In this document: one piece after another, positions 18,407-27,888 of the stretch | Numbering within the stretch: position 1 is the stretch's first letter | Layout: each line of letters opens with the position of its first letter | From: Pseudomonadota bacterium | GTDB taxonomy: Bacteria; Desulfobacterota; WTBG01; JAPLJA01 | Assembly (NCBI GenBank): GCA_026388815.1 | Contig: JAPLJA010000080.1 | Location: forward strand, 1,838-65,837 | Reading direction: 5' to 3' | Length of the DNA: 64,000 bases | Made by a program: the position numbers and the translations under genes | Notes under the pieces: generated by a model | Told to the model about the DNA's origin: nothing | What the model saw: only the letters and a program-made list of their open reading frames with translations | Database searches by the model: none

Positions 18407-18440
18407 TAGTAATTATTATTAATAACATATTGAGTTTGCT
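18407..18440. promoter_or_regulatory. AT-rich TAAT-repeat region upstream of the Fur/PerR-like gene; candidate Fur/PerR box
   Basis: TAACAATAGTAATTATTATTAATAACATATTGAG resembles the AT-rich TTATAATnATTATAA-type operators. The position fits autoregulation. Confidence 0.3.
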
Positions 18441-18444
18441 GTTG

Positions 18445-18865
18445 TCAAGCCTTCTCTTTCTCCCACCGCCACATGCGCATACCGCCTTCGAGATTTATTG
18501 CCTCGCCCAGTCCTAATTCTTTCAGAATGCGAGAGGCCTGATAACTTCTCAGGCTCTGACCGCAGTAGACCACCAAGGCCCCGGTAGTCTTTCCTTTTAA
18601 CTCCGAAGAGCGTTCACGAAGCTTATCAAGAGGAATGTGCAGGGCGCCGGGGATGTGTCCAGCCTGATACTCTGCATCAGTTCTCACATCAAGAAGGAGA
18701 AAAAGCTCCTCCCGGTCTATTCTCTGTTTCAGTTCATCAGCAGAGATGGCAGTATAGATTCCAGAGAACTTATTGAGGAGCACATTTGCTCCGGTAATCA
18801 GTGCATCCATGGCAGGAGAATAGGGCGGTGAGTAGGCTACATCCAGTTGCGAGAGATCCTCACAG
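18445..18865 (-). pseudogene. Rhodanese domain plus the detached C-terminal end of the CoA-disulfide reductase dimerisation domain
   Basis: The track ORF 18445..18810 is rhodanese (VVYCGQSLRS). The same frame is open upstream and reads ..TCEDLSQLDVAYSPPYSPAMDALITGAN.., the canonical CoADR C-terminal motif. Confidence 0.6.
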
Positions 18866-20077
18866 GTCCACGCCCGCCTCTCCCAGGATCTCGCCTCCCA
18901 GAATACGTCGGGTCATACGATCAGCGATCATTTTAAGGAGCAGAGGTTTTGCACCAGGATAATAGTGTGCCTTGTCAAAAGGGAGCACGATGGATCGCTC
19001 TACAGCAAAACCAGCTTTGATTGCCTCCTGTTCATTCAGTCCGGTTTTTGCTATGGTCAGATCAAAGACCTTGGTGATGATGCTGGGCAGAACCCCTCTA
19101 AAGGTGGCACTGCCGCCAGCTGCATTTTCTCCGGCGACCCTGCCTTGTTTGTTGGCAATTGAACCCAGGGGCACCCACACCGGTTTCCCTGTAAGGAGGC
19201 TCTTTGTTTCAGCACAATCGCCTGCAGCAAAGATGCTAGACATGCTTGTTTCCATCCGTTCATTGACCTGGATAGCGCCTGTTGGACCGAGGAGAATGTT
19301 TGCTGCCTTTGCCAATTCTATATTTGGCCTTACCCCGATGGAGAGAATCACGAGGTCAGCTTTCAGTTCCCTCTGTTCCGTTACCACCTTTTTAACGCCC
19401 TGTTTCTCGTCCCCTTCGAACCCTTTGACCCGTTCACCGAGGAATACCCCAACGCCTTTTTCTCTGAGATGTTTTTCCACGGAAAAGGCAATCTCAGGGC
19501 TGAACGGTGGAAGGACCTGGGGGAGCAGTTCGACCACGCTCACCTTGAGCCCTGCGCGGTGGAGGTTCTCAGCCATCTCCAGGCCGATGAGCCCTGCTCC
19601 CACAATCACAGCTTCTTTACACTTCTCTCCCCGTATGCATTGGCGGATTGTCTCTCCATCTTCCAGGGTTTTCACGGTAAAAATGCGAGGGAGATTAATA
19701 TTGGGAAGTGGGGGTATTACGGGAGTAACGCCGGTAGTCAGAATGAGATTGTCAAAGGATACGGTTTGCTCTTTTTCTGTCTGAAGGTTTTTAACCGTAA
19801 TGGTCCGATCTGAAGGATTGAGCCGGATGACCTTATGGCCGGTATGCACATCGATATTGTCCACGTTCTTAAAATACTGGGGGGATCGTACGACAAGATC
19901 CCGCCTTTCTTTTACTACCCCGGAGGTAAAATAGGGGAGACCGCAGGCACCATAGGAGACGTATGCCTTCTGTTCGAAGACCATGATCCGGCAGTCTGGA
20001 TTGAGCCTCCTGGCTCGGCTGGCTGCCTTCATGCCGGCGGCATTGCCGCCTACAATGACAAGAGTTAAGGGAGCCAT
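18860..20077 (-). pseudogene. CoA-disulfide reductase / NADH-oxidase family flavoprotein, truncated at ..GEAGVDL*
   Basis: VIVGGNAAGMKAA, redox Cys in SYGACGLPY, and a second Rossmann IVGAGLIGLEMAE. It ends about 15 residues into the dimerisation domain; the remainder continues in another frame. Confidence 0.7.
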
Positions 20078-20095
20078 AGCGTTGTCCTTTCTTCT

Positions 20096-21187
20096 TTAGG
20101 AGGATTGTTTTTTGCTGACAGGGAGTTTCAGCTTATTCCACTCTGTCATCCCGCCCTGCATGGAGTAAATCCGGGAAAAACCAGCCTGCTTGAGGATGGA
20201 TGCAGCAGTCTGGGAACGGAACCCCGCCTTGCACACGGTAATGACCTCTTGGTCTTGGTATGCTTCTAATTCTTGGAGGCGGGCAGGCAGTTGTCCGAGA
20301 GGAATCAACCTGCTTCCCTCAATGTGTCCCAGGGGTCCAGCATATTCATCAAGTTCCCGCACATCAACGATTAGGGAAGAGGCAGCCCTGTTTTTCACCT
20401 CTTGCGGGGTGAGCGTAGGGGCGACCTGGGCGTTGACACCACCCCCGGTCATGCCCCCGCCAACTTCACAGGAGGGAGCGTCCACCGGGATCCAGGCAGC
20501 CCGGGGATCCTGAGCGCAGCTATAGTTTGCCTTTATGACGTCCTTCATCCAGTCTGCCGGAGGCAGGGCAAGGGAGGAAAGCCAGCGAACATATTCCTCC
20601 CTTGAACGGAGCTTGAAGCGCTCGTTCTTCCCCTTCTCTTCTTTAAGGGTGGAATGGGTGTGGTTGTGATAGTCGTGGGCAGGATAGATGAGCAGACGGT
20701 CGTCGAGAGGATAGTATTTTTTAAACAGCGTGTCGTAGTGTTCTCCCGGATCACCACCTGGCAGGTCGGTGCGCCCTGCTCCTCCTTCTCCGATAAAGAG
20801 GGCATCCCCGGTGAACATCCGATCTGAACAGATGAGCGATATGCTGTCTTTGGTATGCCCTGGCGTAGAGAGCACTCTAAAGATCAGTTCGCCAATCTTG
20901 AGTTCATCACCTTCTTTGATCCGGATAGATGGGCAGCGGGCAGGTGCGTTGGGGTGCATCACATAGGGCACACCGGTTACATCCGTCAAGGCTGATCCGC
21001 CTGAAATGTGGTCTGCGTGGGTATGGGTATCAATGATATATTTCAGCGTGAGCCGTTCATTTTTTATTTTTTCAAGATACTCTTTTACCTGCTCCAGGAC
21101 AGGATCGATGAGAACAGCTTCCCTGGTCTTTTCTGACCCAACCAGGTATGTCCTGCAGGCGCTTGGATTGAGTTGTTCGAATATCAT
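20096..21187 (-). CDS. MBL-fold hydrolase (persulfide-dioxygenase-like) fused to a rhodanese domain
   Basis: IIDTHTHADHISGG metal site plus C-terminal VITVCKAGFRS rhodanese active-site loop. Confidence 0.8.
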   Translation of the reverse strand: MIFEQLNPSACRTYLVGSEKTREAVLIDPVLEQVKEYLEKIKNERLTLKYIIDTHTHADHISGGSALTDVTGVPYVMHPNAPARCPSIRIKEGDELKIGELIFRVLSTPGHTKDSISLICSDRMFTGDALFIGEGGAGRTDLPGGDPGEHYDTLFKKYYPLDDRLLIYPAHDYHNHTHSTLKEEKGKNERFKLRSREEYVRWLSSLALPPADWMKDVIKANYSCAQDPRAAWIPVDAPSCEVGGGMTGGGVNAQVAPTLTPQEVKNRAASSLIVDVRELDEYAGPLGHIEGSRLIPLGQLPARLQELEAYQDQEVITVCKAGFRSQTAASILKQAGFSRIYSMQGGMTEWNKLKLPVSKKQSS

Positions 21188-21232
21188 TTACCCTCCTTTA
21201 AGCAAAACAAGAGCCTGTTTTTCAACAGGATC

Positions 21233-21796
21233 TTAAGGATTGACCACAGAAATCGATGGATCATCTTTGGCTATCGAGGTTAAAGTTTTTTGATAGGCCC
21301 TGTACGCACTTTCGCCAAAGAGAACGAATCGCACCTTCTCTACGCTGGTAATCCCCTTCAAATGTTCAATACTCATGGCAAGGGCTATCTGAGCAGCATC
21401 AGCAATCGGATATCCATAGGCACCGGTGCTGATCGAGGGGAAGGAGATGCTTTTAATCCCCTTTTCCTTGGCAGCCCGGAGGGAGTTTTTATAGGCGCTG
21501 GCAAGCAGTCTGGCTTCGCCCGCATTTCCTCCCCTCCAGACCGGACCGACCGTGTGGATTACAAACCGAGCTTTGAGGTTGCCGCCGCCGGTGATTACCG
21601 CCTCTCCCGTGGGACAGCCGCCAATCTTTTTGCACTCCTCAAGGATTGCTGGCCCTCCTGCACGATGGATAGCGCCATCAACTCCGCCTCCCCCGAGAAG
21701 GGTTGAGTTTGCTGCATTCACAATAGCATCCACATCTTCCCGGGTGATATCACCATCGACAAGCTCCAGGGTGGATTTGTTAATTTTTGCCTTCAT
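21233..21796 (-). CDS. Macro-domain protein (O-acetyl-ADP-ribose deacetylase-like)
   Basis: GDITREDVDAIVNAANSTLLGGGGVDGAIHRAGG...SISFPSISTGAYGYP. Start taken at the internal ATG with AAGGAAG upstream. Confidence 0.85.
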   Translation of the reverse strand: MKAKINKSTLELVDGDITREDVDAIVNAANSTLLGGGGVDGAIHRAGGPAILEECKKIGGCPTGEAVITGGGNLKARFVIHTVGPVWRGGNAGEARLLASAYKNSLRAAKEKGIKSISFPSISTGAYGYPIADAAQIALAMSIEHLKGITSVEKVRFVLFGESAYRAYQKTLTSIAKDDPSISVVNP

Positions 21797-21927
21797 AGGC
21801 TTCCTTATCCCACCACCTTCTTGCTCATTATTAACGGTGACAACGGTTTTATAAATTTTTACCATACTATCCCCGCTTCTTCAAATGAAAAAATTTTGTC
21901 CTCTCGCCCCTTTCACCCGAAAAATAT

Positions 21928-21955
21928 TTGACAGATTTAGGCCTTGTCATATACA
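21928..21955 (+). promoter_or_regulatory. Putative sigma70-type promoter of the rfb operon
   Basis: TTGACA (21928-21933), 16-nt spacer, TATACA (21950-21955), about 35 nt upstream of the ATG at 21989. Confidence 0.4.
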
Positions 21956-21988
21956 ATTCTGATAAATTTTCTTCTTAAAGGAGCCGGA

Positions 21989-22720
21989 ATGAAAGGCATC
22001 GTCTTAGCAGGCGGCTTGGGGACCAGACTCTATCCTTTGACCAAAGTAACCAATAAACACCTGTTGCCGGTGTATGATAAACCGATGATTTATTATCCCA
22101 TCATTGCCCTGGTCAATGCAGGCATCAAGGATATCATGGTCGTTACGGGCGGTAACAACGCCGGTGATTTCTTGAAGTTACTGGGGAATGGCAAGGAGTT
22201 TGGCCTTCAGCACATTAACTACACCTATCAGGCAGGTGAGGGGGGCATTGCCGAAGCCCTGAACCTGGCAGCATTCTTTGCGGATAATGAAAAGATCTGT
22301 GTAATCTTAGGAGATAATATTATAGAGAAGAACATCGTCAATGCAGTGCAGGCATTTGAACAGCAGGAAAAAGGGGCAAAGATCATACTCAAAGAGGTTC
22401 TTGATCCTGACCGGTTTGGAGTGCCGGTTTTTGAAGATGGCAAGATTGTCAAAATCGAGGAAAAGCCCAAGCTGCCCAAATCTCCTTATGCAGTAATAGG
22501 AATTTATTTCTATGATGCAAAGATCTTCGATATCATCAAAACCCTCAGACCATCAGACAGGGGAGAAATGGAGATTTCTGACGTGAACAATGCCTACATT
22601 GACATGGGTGAAATGACCTATGAGGTCCTGGAAGGCTGGTGGAGCGATGCGGGGACGTTTGATTCCCTGGTCCACGCCACGAATCTGGTAGCCATGACCG
22701 GGGCAAATAACCTCTCATGA
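21989..22720 (+). CDS. Sugar-phosphate nucleotidyltransferase (short glucose-1-phosphate thymidylyltransferase type)
   Basis: MKGIVLAGGLGTRLYPLTKVTNKHLLPVYDKPMIYYPI. First gene of the dTDP-sugar block. Confidence 0.8.
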   Translation: MKGIVLAGGLGTRLYPLTKVTNKHLLPVYDKPMIYYPIIALVNAGIKDIMVVTGGNNAGDFLKLLGNGKEFGLQHINYTYQAGEGGIAEALNLAAFFADNEKICVILGDNIIEKNIVNAVQAFEQQEKGAKIILKEVLDPDRFGVPVFEDGKIVKIEEKPKLPKSPYAVIGIYFYDAKIFDIIKTLRPSDRGEMEISDVNNAYIDMGEMTYEVLEGWWSDAGTFDSLVHATNLVAMTGANNLS

Positions 22721-22729
22721 GGTGAAGAG

Positions 22730-23185
22730 ATGATTGACGGGGTAAAGACCAAACAGCTGAAGGTTATTCCTGATGAGCGGGGAAGATTGATGGAGATGCT
22801 CCGCTCAGATGATGAATTGTTTATAAAGTTTGGACAGGTGTACCTCACGACGGCCTATCCCGGCGTGGTCAAAGGCTGGCACTACCATAGAAAGCAGTAC
22901 GATAATATGGTGGTGGTGAAGGGGATGATGAAGATCGTCCTGTACGACAACCGCCAGGGTTCAAAGACGTACGGTGAAATCAATGAGTTTTTTGTCGGCG
23001 AACATAAGCCGATGCTTATCCACATCCCGCCTCTCATCCTTCACGGATTCAAGTGCATAAGCGAGCACGAGGCGATGGTTATCAACTGTCCTACCGAGGT
23101 TTATCACTATCATGACCCCGATGAGTTCCGGGTAGATCCTCATCAGAATGATATCCCTTATGACTGGACGAGGAGGGATGGGTAG
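22730..23185 (+). CDS. dTDP-4-dehydrorhamnose 3,5-epimerase-like cupin
   Basis: DERGRLMEM...VKGWHYH...IPPLILHGF cupin pattern, in rfb context. Confidence 0.7.
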   Translation: MIDGVKTKQLKVIPDERGRLMEMLRSDDELFIKFGQVYLTTAYPGVVKGWHYHRKQYDNMVVVKGMMKIVLYDNRQGSKTYGEINEFFVGEHKPMLIHIPPLILHGFKCISEHEAMVINCPTEVYHYHDPDEFRVDPHQNDIPYDWTRRDG

Positions 23186-23188
23186 AGG

Positions 23189-24196
23189 GTGAAAATCTTA
23201 GTCACCGGTGGAGCGGGTTTCATCGGTTCCAACTTCATCCGATACCTCCTCAATCACCATCCGGCCCATACGATTATTAATATTGACAAGCTTACCTATG
23301 CCGGGAACCTTGACAACCTGAAGGATGTTGAGGGCAACCACCGGTACTTCTTTGTTCGGGGAGACATTGCTGATAGTGAATGCGTGACTAAGATCATAGA
23401 TGATGGCGTTGATGCAATCGTCAACTTTGCCGCTGAGAGCCATGTAGACCGGAGCATCGAAGATGCCGGCATCTTTCTCAAGACCAATGTACTCGGCACG
23501 CAGGTACTCCTCGAAGCCGGGAGGAGAAAGGGGATAAAAAGATTCATTCAGGTCTCTACGGACGAGGTGTACGGGAGCCTCGGCCCTGAAGGATCATTTA
23601 CCGAAGACTCACCGCTCAAGCCCAACAGCCCTTATGCGGCAAGCAAAACGGCTGCCGACCTTCTGGTGAGGGCTTATTATAAGACCTTTGGATTTCCCGG
23701 TATCATCACCCGCTGCTCTAACAACTATGGTCCTTACCAGTTTCCCGAAAAACTCATCCCCCTCTTCATCACCAATGCCCTCGCTCAGGAACCCCTCCCG
23801 CTCTATGGTGACGGACTGAATATCCGGGACTGGATCCAGGTGGAAGATCACTGCCGGGCAATTGACCTGATCCTCCATCAGGGAGCAATCGGGGAGATTT
23901 ACAATATCGGGGGAGGAGCAGAGAAAACAAACCTGGAACTTACCCGCATCATCCTGAAGAAGCTCAACCGGCCTGAAACTCTGATCAGGTACGTGAAAGA
24001 CCGGCCGGGCCATGACCGGAGGTATGCAATAGATCCGGGCAAATTAAAGCGGGAGCTTGGCTGGAAACCTCTTTACACCTTTGAGCGGGGAATTGAAGAA
24101 ACTATCCGCTGGTATGGAGAAAATAGGTGGTGGTGGGAGAAGATCAAGAGCGGGGAATACCGGGAGTATTATCAGCGGATGTACGGGAAGCGCTGA
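23189..24196 (+). CDS. rfbB: dTDP-glucose 4,6-dehydratase
   Basis: [16 protein letters not shown]...STDEVYG...YAASKTAADLLV. GTG start. Confidence 0.9.
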   Translation: MKILVTGGAGFIGSNFIRYLLNHHPAHTIINIDKLTYAGNLDNLKDVEGNHRYFFVRGDIADSECVTKIIDDGVDAIVNFAAESHVDRSIEDAGIFLKTNVLGTQVLLEAGRRKGIKRFIQVSTDEVYGSLGPEGSFTEDSPLKPNSPYAASKTAADLLVRAYYKTFGFPGIITRCSNNYGPYQFPEKLIPLFITNALAQEPLPLYGDGLNIRDWIQVEDHCRAIDLILHQGAIGEIYNIGGGAEKTNLELTRIILKKLNRPETLIRYVKDRPGHDRRYAIDPGKLKRELGWKPLYTFERGIEETIRWYGENRWWWEKIKSGEYREYYQRMYGKR

Positions 24197-24210
24197 ATAG
24201 CTCCCAGCTA

Positions 24211-24373
24211 TTAATACGAACGCATTAAAAGCGTCATTGCGAGGAGTGAAACGACGAAGCAATCTCTTGTTTATGAGGTGAGATTGCCACGCTCCCGTTG
24301 GCCTGCCTGTGCGTGGCACGCAGACAGGTCGCTCGCAATGACAATGTAATAGCATTTAATGCGTTTGTATTAG
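24211..24373. repeat. MITE-like element, family A, copy 1 (terminal inverted repeats TTAATACGAACGCATTAAA / TTTAATGCGTTTGTATTAG)
   Basis: The interior (CATTGCGAGGAG..GACGAAGCAATC..GAGATTGCCACGC) matches the reverse complement of 28288-28433 almost base for base. It splits rfbB from rfbD. Confidence 0.65.
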
Positions 24374-24450
24374 CTTTCAGCAATCAGCAAGAGATAAAAA
24401 ATAAAAGAATTTATAGCTGATCGCTGTTAGCTGAACGCAGAGGGACTGGC

Positions 24451-25293
24451 TTGAAGATTTTAGTGGTTGGAGCTCAAGGAATGCTGGGCACGGACCTGAC
24501 CAGAGTCTTGGGCCTGACGAAAGAGGTTGTTGGAACTGACATTGGAGATTTCAATATAACAGAAAAAGAGGCGACGGTAGAGGCGGTATCAAGCATCAGA
24601 CCCGATCTCCTGGTCAACGCCGCAGCCTTTACTCAGGTTGATCAGTGTGAAAAGGAAGAGGAAAAGGCAGTTGCCGTGAATGGGGAAGGAGTAAGGAATC
24701 TCGCGCTTGCCTGCCTGAAAAACAAGGTAAAGATGGTGCAGATAAGTACTGACTATGTCTTCGACGGAGAAAAGAGAACACCATACCGGGAGGAAGACCT
24801 CCCTCATCCTCTCTCGGTTTATGGCCGCTCCAAGCTTTTTGGCGAGCGCCACCTTCAAGAACTCTTGGATCGATACCTTATTGTTAGGGCAGCTTGGCTC
24901 TATGGCGCGCATGGCCCAAATTTTGTGAAGACCATTATGCGATTGGCCCGGGAGAAGGAAGAACTGAAAGTGGTAGATGACCAGTGGGGGACACCCACCT
25001 ACACGCTTCATCTTGCCCGGGCTATCGATGCCCTCATCGAGACAGGGGAAGACGGGGTTTTCAACGTTACCAATCGCGGCTCTTGCAACTGGTATCAATT
25101 TGCCTGCGAAATCCTCAGGCTTAAGGGGATTACGATAAACGTTGTGCCTGCAACTACGGAAGAGATCGGGAGACCAGCCAGGAGGCCCTCTTTTTCTGTG
25201 CTGGATTGCAGCAAATTTGAGAACACAACCAATCTTATCCTTCCTCATTGGAAAGAAGCGGTAAAAGAGTTTATCGAGCACGAAGGGGTATGA
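24451..25293 (+). CDS. rfbD: dTDP-4-dehydrorhamnose reductase
   Basis: MKILVVGAQGMLGTDL...STDYVFDG...YGRSKLFGE. TTG start. Confidence 0.85.
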   Translation: MKILVVGAQGMLGTDLTRVLGLTKEVVGTDIGDFNITEKEATVEAVSSIRPDLLVNAAAFTQVDQCEKEEEKAVAVNGEGVRNLALACLKNKVKMVQISTDYVFDGEKRTPYREEDLPHPLSVYGRSKLFGERHLQELLDRYLIVRAAWLYGAHGPNFVKTIMRLAREKEELKVVDDQWGTPTYTLHLARAIDALIETGEDGVFNVTNRGSCNWYQFACEILRLKGITINVVPATTEEIGRPARRPSFSVLDCSKFENTTNLILPHWKEAVKEFIEHEGV

Positions 25294-25294
25294 G

Positions 25295-26617
25295 ATGAAA
25301 ATCTGCATGGTTGGAACAGGATATGTTGGACTCGTTACCGGAGCGTGTTTCGCTGAGAACGGCAATGAGGCTATCTGTGTTGATAACGACAAGCAAAAGG
25401 TAGCACAGATACTGAAAGGGAAACTTCCCATTTATGAGCCGGGCCTTGATGAGATGGTCAGGCGCAACCGGAGAGAAGGCAGGTTAAAGTTTACCGCCAG
25501 CCTCAAGGATGCAATTAAAGAATCCCTCATCATCTTTATCACCGTCGGCACTCCCCCTCATGAGGACGGCTCTGCCGACTTGACCCATGTGCTCGGCGTA
25601 GCCAGAGAAATAGGACAGGCAATGAACGGCTACCGGATCGTGGTTACCAAGAGCACCGTTCCTGTCGGTACGACGGAAAAGGTGAAGGAAATCATCAGCA
25701 ATGAGACAGACGAACCTTTTGATGTAGCCTCCAATCCGGAGTTTCTCAAGGAAGGAGCTGCGATTGACGATTTCATGAGGCCCGATCGGGTGGTGGTTGG
25801 GGTGGACAACCCTGCAGTGGGCGAACTGATGAAAGAGCTCTACGCACCCTTCGTCCGCACCGGGAAACCTATCCTGACCATGGATATCCGCAGCTCGGAA
25901 CTTACCAAATATGCTGCCAATGCCATGCTGGCAACCCGCATCTCCTTCATGAATGAGATGGCTAACCTCTGCGAAAAGCTGGGGGCGGACATTAACCTGG
26001 TGCGGCGAGGAATGGGGAGCGACCCGCGGATCGGCCCTTCTTTTCTCTTCCCCGGGGCAGGGTATGGCGGGTCCTGTTTCCCTAAGGATGTGAAGGCGAT
26101 CATCGAGACAGCTCAAGAAGCAGGATACGAGCTGAAGGTCCTCAAAGAGGTGGAATGGGTGAACCAGCGGCAGAAAGAAATACTGGCCGACAAGGTGATT
26201 GCACGCTTCGGCAAATCGCTCAGGGGAAAGACATTTGCCCTGTGGGGCCTGTCGTTCAAACCGAATACTGATGATATGAGAGAGGCCCCGTCAGTAATAA
26301 CCATCCAACGCCTCATGAAGCAGGGGGCCAGGATAAGGGCATATGATCCGGTAGCTATCCCTGAGGCCAGGAAGGTGTTCGGCGAAAAGGTGGTGTATGG
26401 GAAAAGGAGTTATGATATTGTAAAGGGGGCAGATGCCCTGATCATCGTAACTGAGTGGAATGAATTCCGGGAACCGGATTTTGAGAGGATAAAGAAGTTG
26501 CTCAAGACCCCGGTTGTTTTTGACGGGAGGAATATTTACAACCCTTCGAAGCTCAGGGAAATGGGATTCGAATACTACGGAATTGGTTATGGAGAGAACA
26601 GAGGGGGGAAAAGATGA
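25295..26617 (+). CDS. ugd: UDP-glucose 6-dehydrogenase
   Basis: [20 protein letters not shown]...GGSCFPKDV catalytic Cys motif. Confidence 0.9.
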   Translation: MKICMVGTGYVGLVTGACFAENGNEAICVDNDKQKVAQILKGKLPIYEPGLDEMVRRNRREGRLKFTASLKDAIKESLIIFITVGTPPHEDGSADLTHVLGVAREIGQAMNGYRIVVTKSTVPVGTTEKVKEIISNETDEPFDVASNPEFLKEGAAIDDFMRPDRVVVGVDNPAVGELMKELYAPFVRTGKPILTMDIRSSELTKYAANAMLATRISFMNEMANLCEKLGADINLVRRGMGSDPRIGPSFLFPGAGYGGSCFPKDVKAIIETAQEAGYELKVLKEVEWVNQRQKEILADKVIARFGKSLRGKTFALWGLSFKPNTDDMREAPSVITIQRLMKQGARIRAYDPVAIPEARKVFGEKVVYGKRSYDIVKGADALIIVTEWNEFREPDFERIKKLLKTPVVFDGRNIYNPSKLREMGFEYYGIGYGENRGGKR

Positions 26618-27576
26618 GAACGCTGGTGACCGGGGGGGCAGGATTTCTGGGGAGCCACTTGTGTGAGAGGCTCATACAGGAGGGACATCATGTCATCTGC
26701 ATGGATAATCTCATCACCGGCGACCTCAATAATGTTGCCCACCTCTTCGGTCACGAGCGGTTCAGGTTCATCAAACACGATGTTACCGAATACATCTTTG
26801 TGGAGGGGAAACTGGATACTATCCTCCATTTTGCCTCGCCAGCCTCCCCTATAGATTATTTAGAACTGCCCATTCAGACGCTGAAGGTGGGCTCTCTGGG
26901 CACCCACAAGGCCTTAGGGCTGGCTAAGGAGAAGAAGGCCAGATTCCTTCTCGCCTCAACTTCAGAGGTCTATGGAGACCCTCTCGTTCACCCTCAGCCT
27001 GAAGAGTATTTTGGGAATGTGAGTCCCATCGGGCCACGGGGGGTGTATGACGAAGCAAAGAGGTTTGCTGAAGCGATGGTTATGGCCTATCGCCGTTACC
27101 ATGGAGTGGATACCCGCATTGCCAGGATCTTTAATACCTATGGCCCGCGGATGCGTTTACATGATGGAAGGGTAGTCCCTGGCTTTCTCGGTCAAGCCTT
27201 AAGGGGAGAGGATCTGACCGTATTCGGCGATGGATCTCAGACCCGGAGCTTCTGCTACGTATCTGACCTGATTGACGGGATTTACCGGCTCCTTCTCTCC
27301 CAGGAAACTGATCCGGTCAATATTGGCAACCCGGCTGAAATGACCGTATTAGAGTTCGCCCAAGTGATCATGCGGATTACCGGGAGCAAGAGCAGGATTG
27401 TCTATCGGTCACTTCCCCAGGACGATCCCAAGGTGAGACAGCCTGATATCAGCAAGGCAAAGCGGATATTGGGATGGGAACCAAAGGTGCCTTTAGAAGA
27501 AGGCATCAGAGAAACCATGAAATTTTTTAAGCAGCAATTAAATATCAATGATCGGGGAGTAGCGCAGCCTGGTTAG
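26614..27576 (+). CDS. UDP-glucuronate decarboxylase (UDP-xylose synthase)-type SDR
   Basis: [16 protein letters not shown]...STSEVYGDP...YDEAKRFAE. The last 24 nt overlap tRNA-Pro. Confidence 0.85.
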   Translation: MRTLVTGGAGFLGSHLCERLIQEGHHVICMDNLITGDLNNVAHLFGHERFRFIKHDVTEYIFVEGKLDTILHFASPASPIDYLELPIQTLKVGSLGTHKALGLAKEKKARFLLASTSEVYGDPLVHPQPEEYFGNVSPIGPRGVYDEAKRFAEAMVMAYRRYHGVDTRIARIFNTYGPRMRLHDGRVVPGFLGQALRGEDLTVFGDGSQTRSFCYVSDLIDGIYRLLLSQETDPVNIGNPAEMTVLEFAQVIMRITGSKSRIVYRSLPQDDPKVRQPDISKAKRILGWEPKVPLEEGIRETMKFFKQQLNINDRGVAQPG

Positions 27577-27630
27577 CGCGCTTGCTTCGGGAGCAAGAGG
27601 CCGGGAGTTCAAATCTCCTCTCCCCGACCA
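27553..27630 (+). tRNA. tRNA-Pro (anticodon CGG), CCA encoded
   Basis: Hand-folded cloverleaf: acceptor CGGGGAG/CTCCCCG, D-arm GCGC/GCGC, anticodon stem CTTGC/GCAAG with loop TTCGGGA, and T-arm GGGAG-TTCAAAT-CTCCT. Confidence 0.85.
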
Positions 27631-27662
27631 GATTTTTCCCTAAATCAATTTTTTACACGTAA

Positions 27663-27880
27663 GGGCGGGTTAAAAACCCACCCCTACATAAAACGTTTGG
27701 TCGTTCTTACGATAATTCTTTCTTTCCGGGCGAGGGAACCTCGCCCCTACATAAAACCTTGGGCCGCTCTGCGGTAGATTTTTCCCGAAGACGGGCCAAA
27801 CGTTTTATAGACCGAAGGCCCGCAGCAGGCGGGTAGGTTTTTTCTTTCTCAGGGCAGGCCCAGGGGGCCTGACCCCACCA
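27663..27880. repeat. Cluster of REP-type hairpins and 'CCCCTACATAAAAC / ACGTTTGGTCGTTCTTACGATA' repeat units
   Basis: GGGCGGGTTAAAAACCCACCCCTAC, GGGCGAGGGAACCTCGCCCCTAC and GGGCAGGCCCAGGGGGCCTGACCCC. The 22-mer ACGTTTGGTCGTTC(T/C)TACGATA recurs at about 34259 and 45753. Confidence 0.6.
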
Positions 27881-27888
27881 TACATTTC

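Noticed and set aside
23022-23030. TTATCCACA DnaA-box match
   Set aside because: It is a single occurrence inside the rfbC-like coding sequence, with no cluster and no AT-rich unwinding element. It is not an origin.
24044-24355. ORFs 24044..24355 (-), 28345..28575 (+) and 34070..34396 (-) with similar odd peptides (..RRFTPRNDAFNAFVLI.. / ..RTPRNDSLFNAFVLI..)
   Set aside because: The similarity comes from translating copies of the MITE-like repeats. There is no RBS or coding-type composition, and orientation relative to the repeat differs.
24589-25431. 280-aa minus-strand ORF
   Set aside because: It lies antisense to the well-supported rfbD and the start of ugd, and no recognisable domain is present.
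26614-27576. Possibility that the UXS gene is mis-called because it overlaps tRNA-Pro
   Set aside because: The SDR motifs run the full length, and the ORF simply lacks an earlier stop. The 24-nt overlap is kept as an observation, not as a reason to reject either feature.
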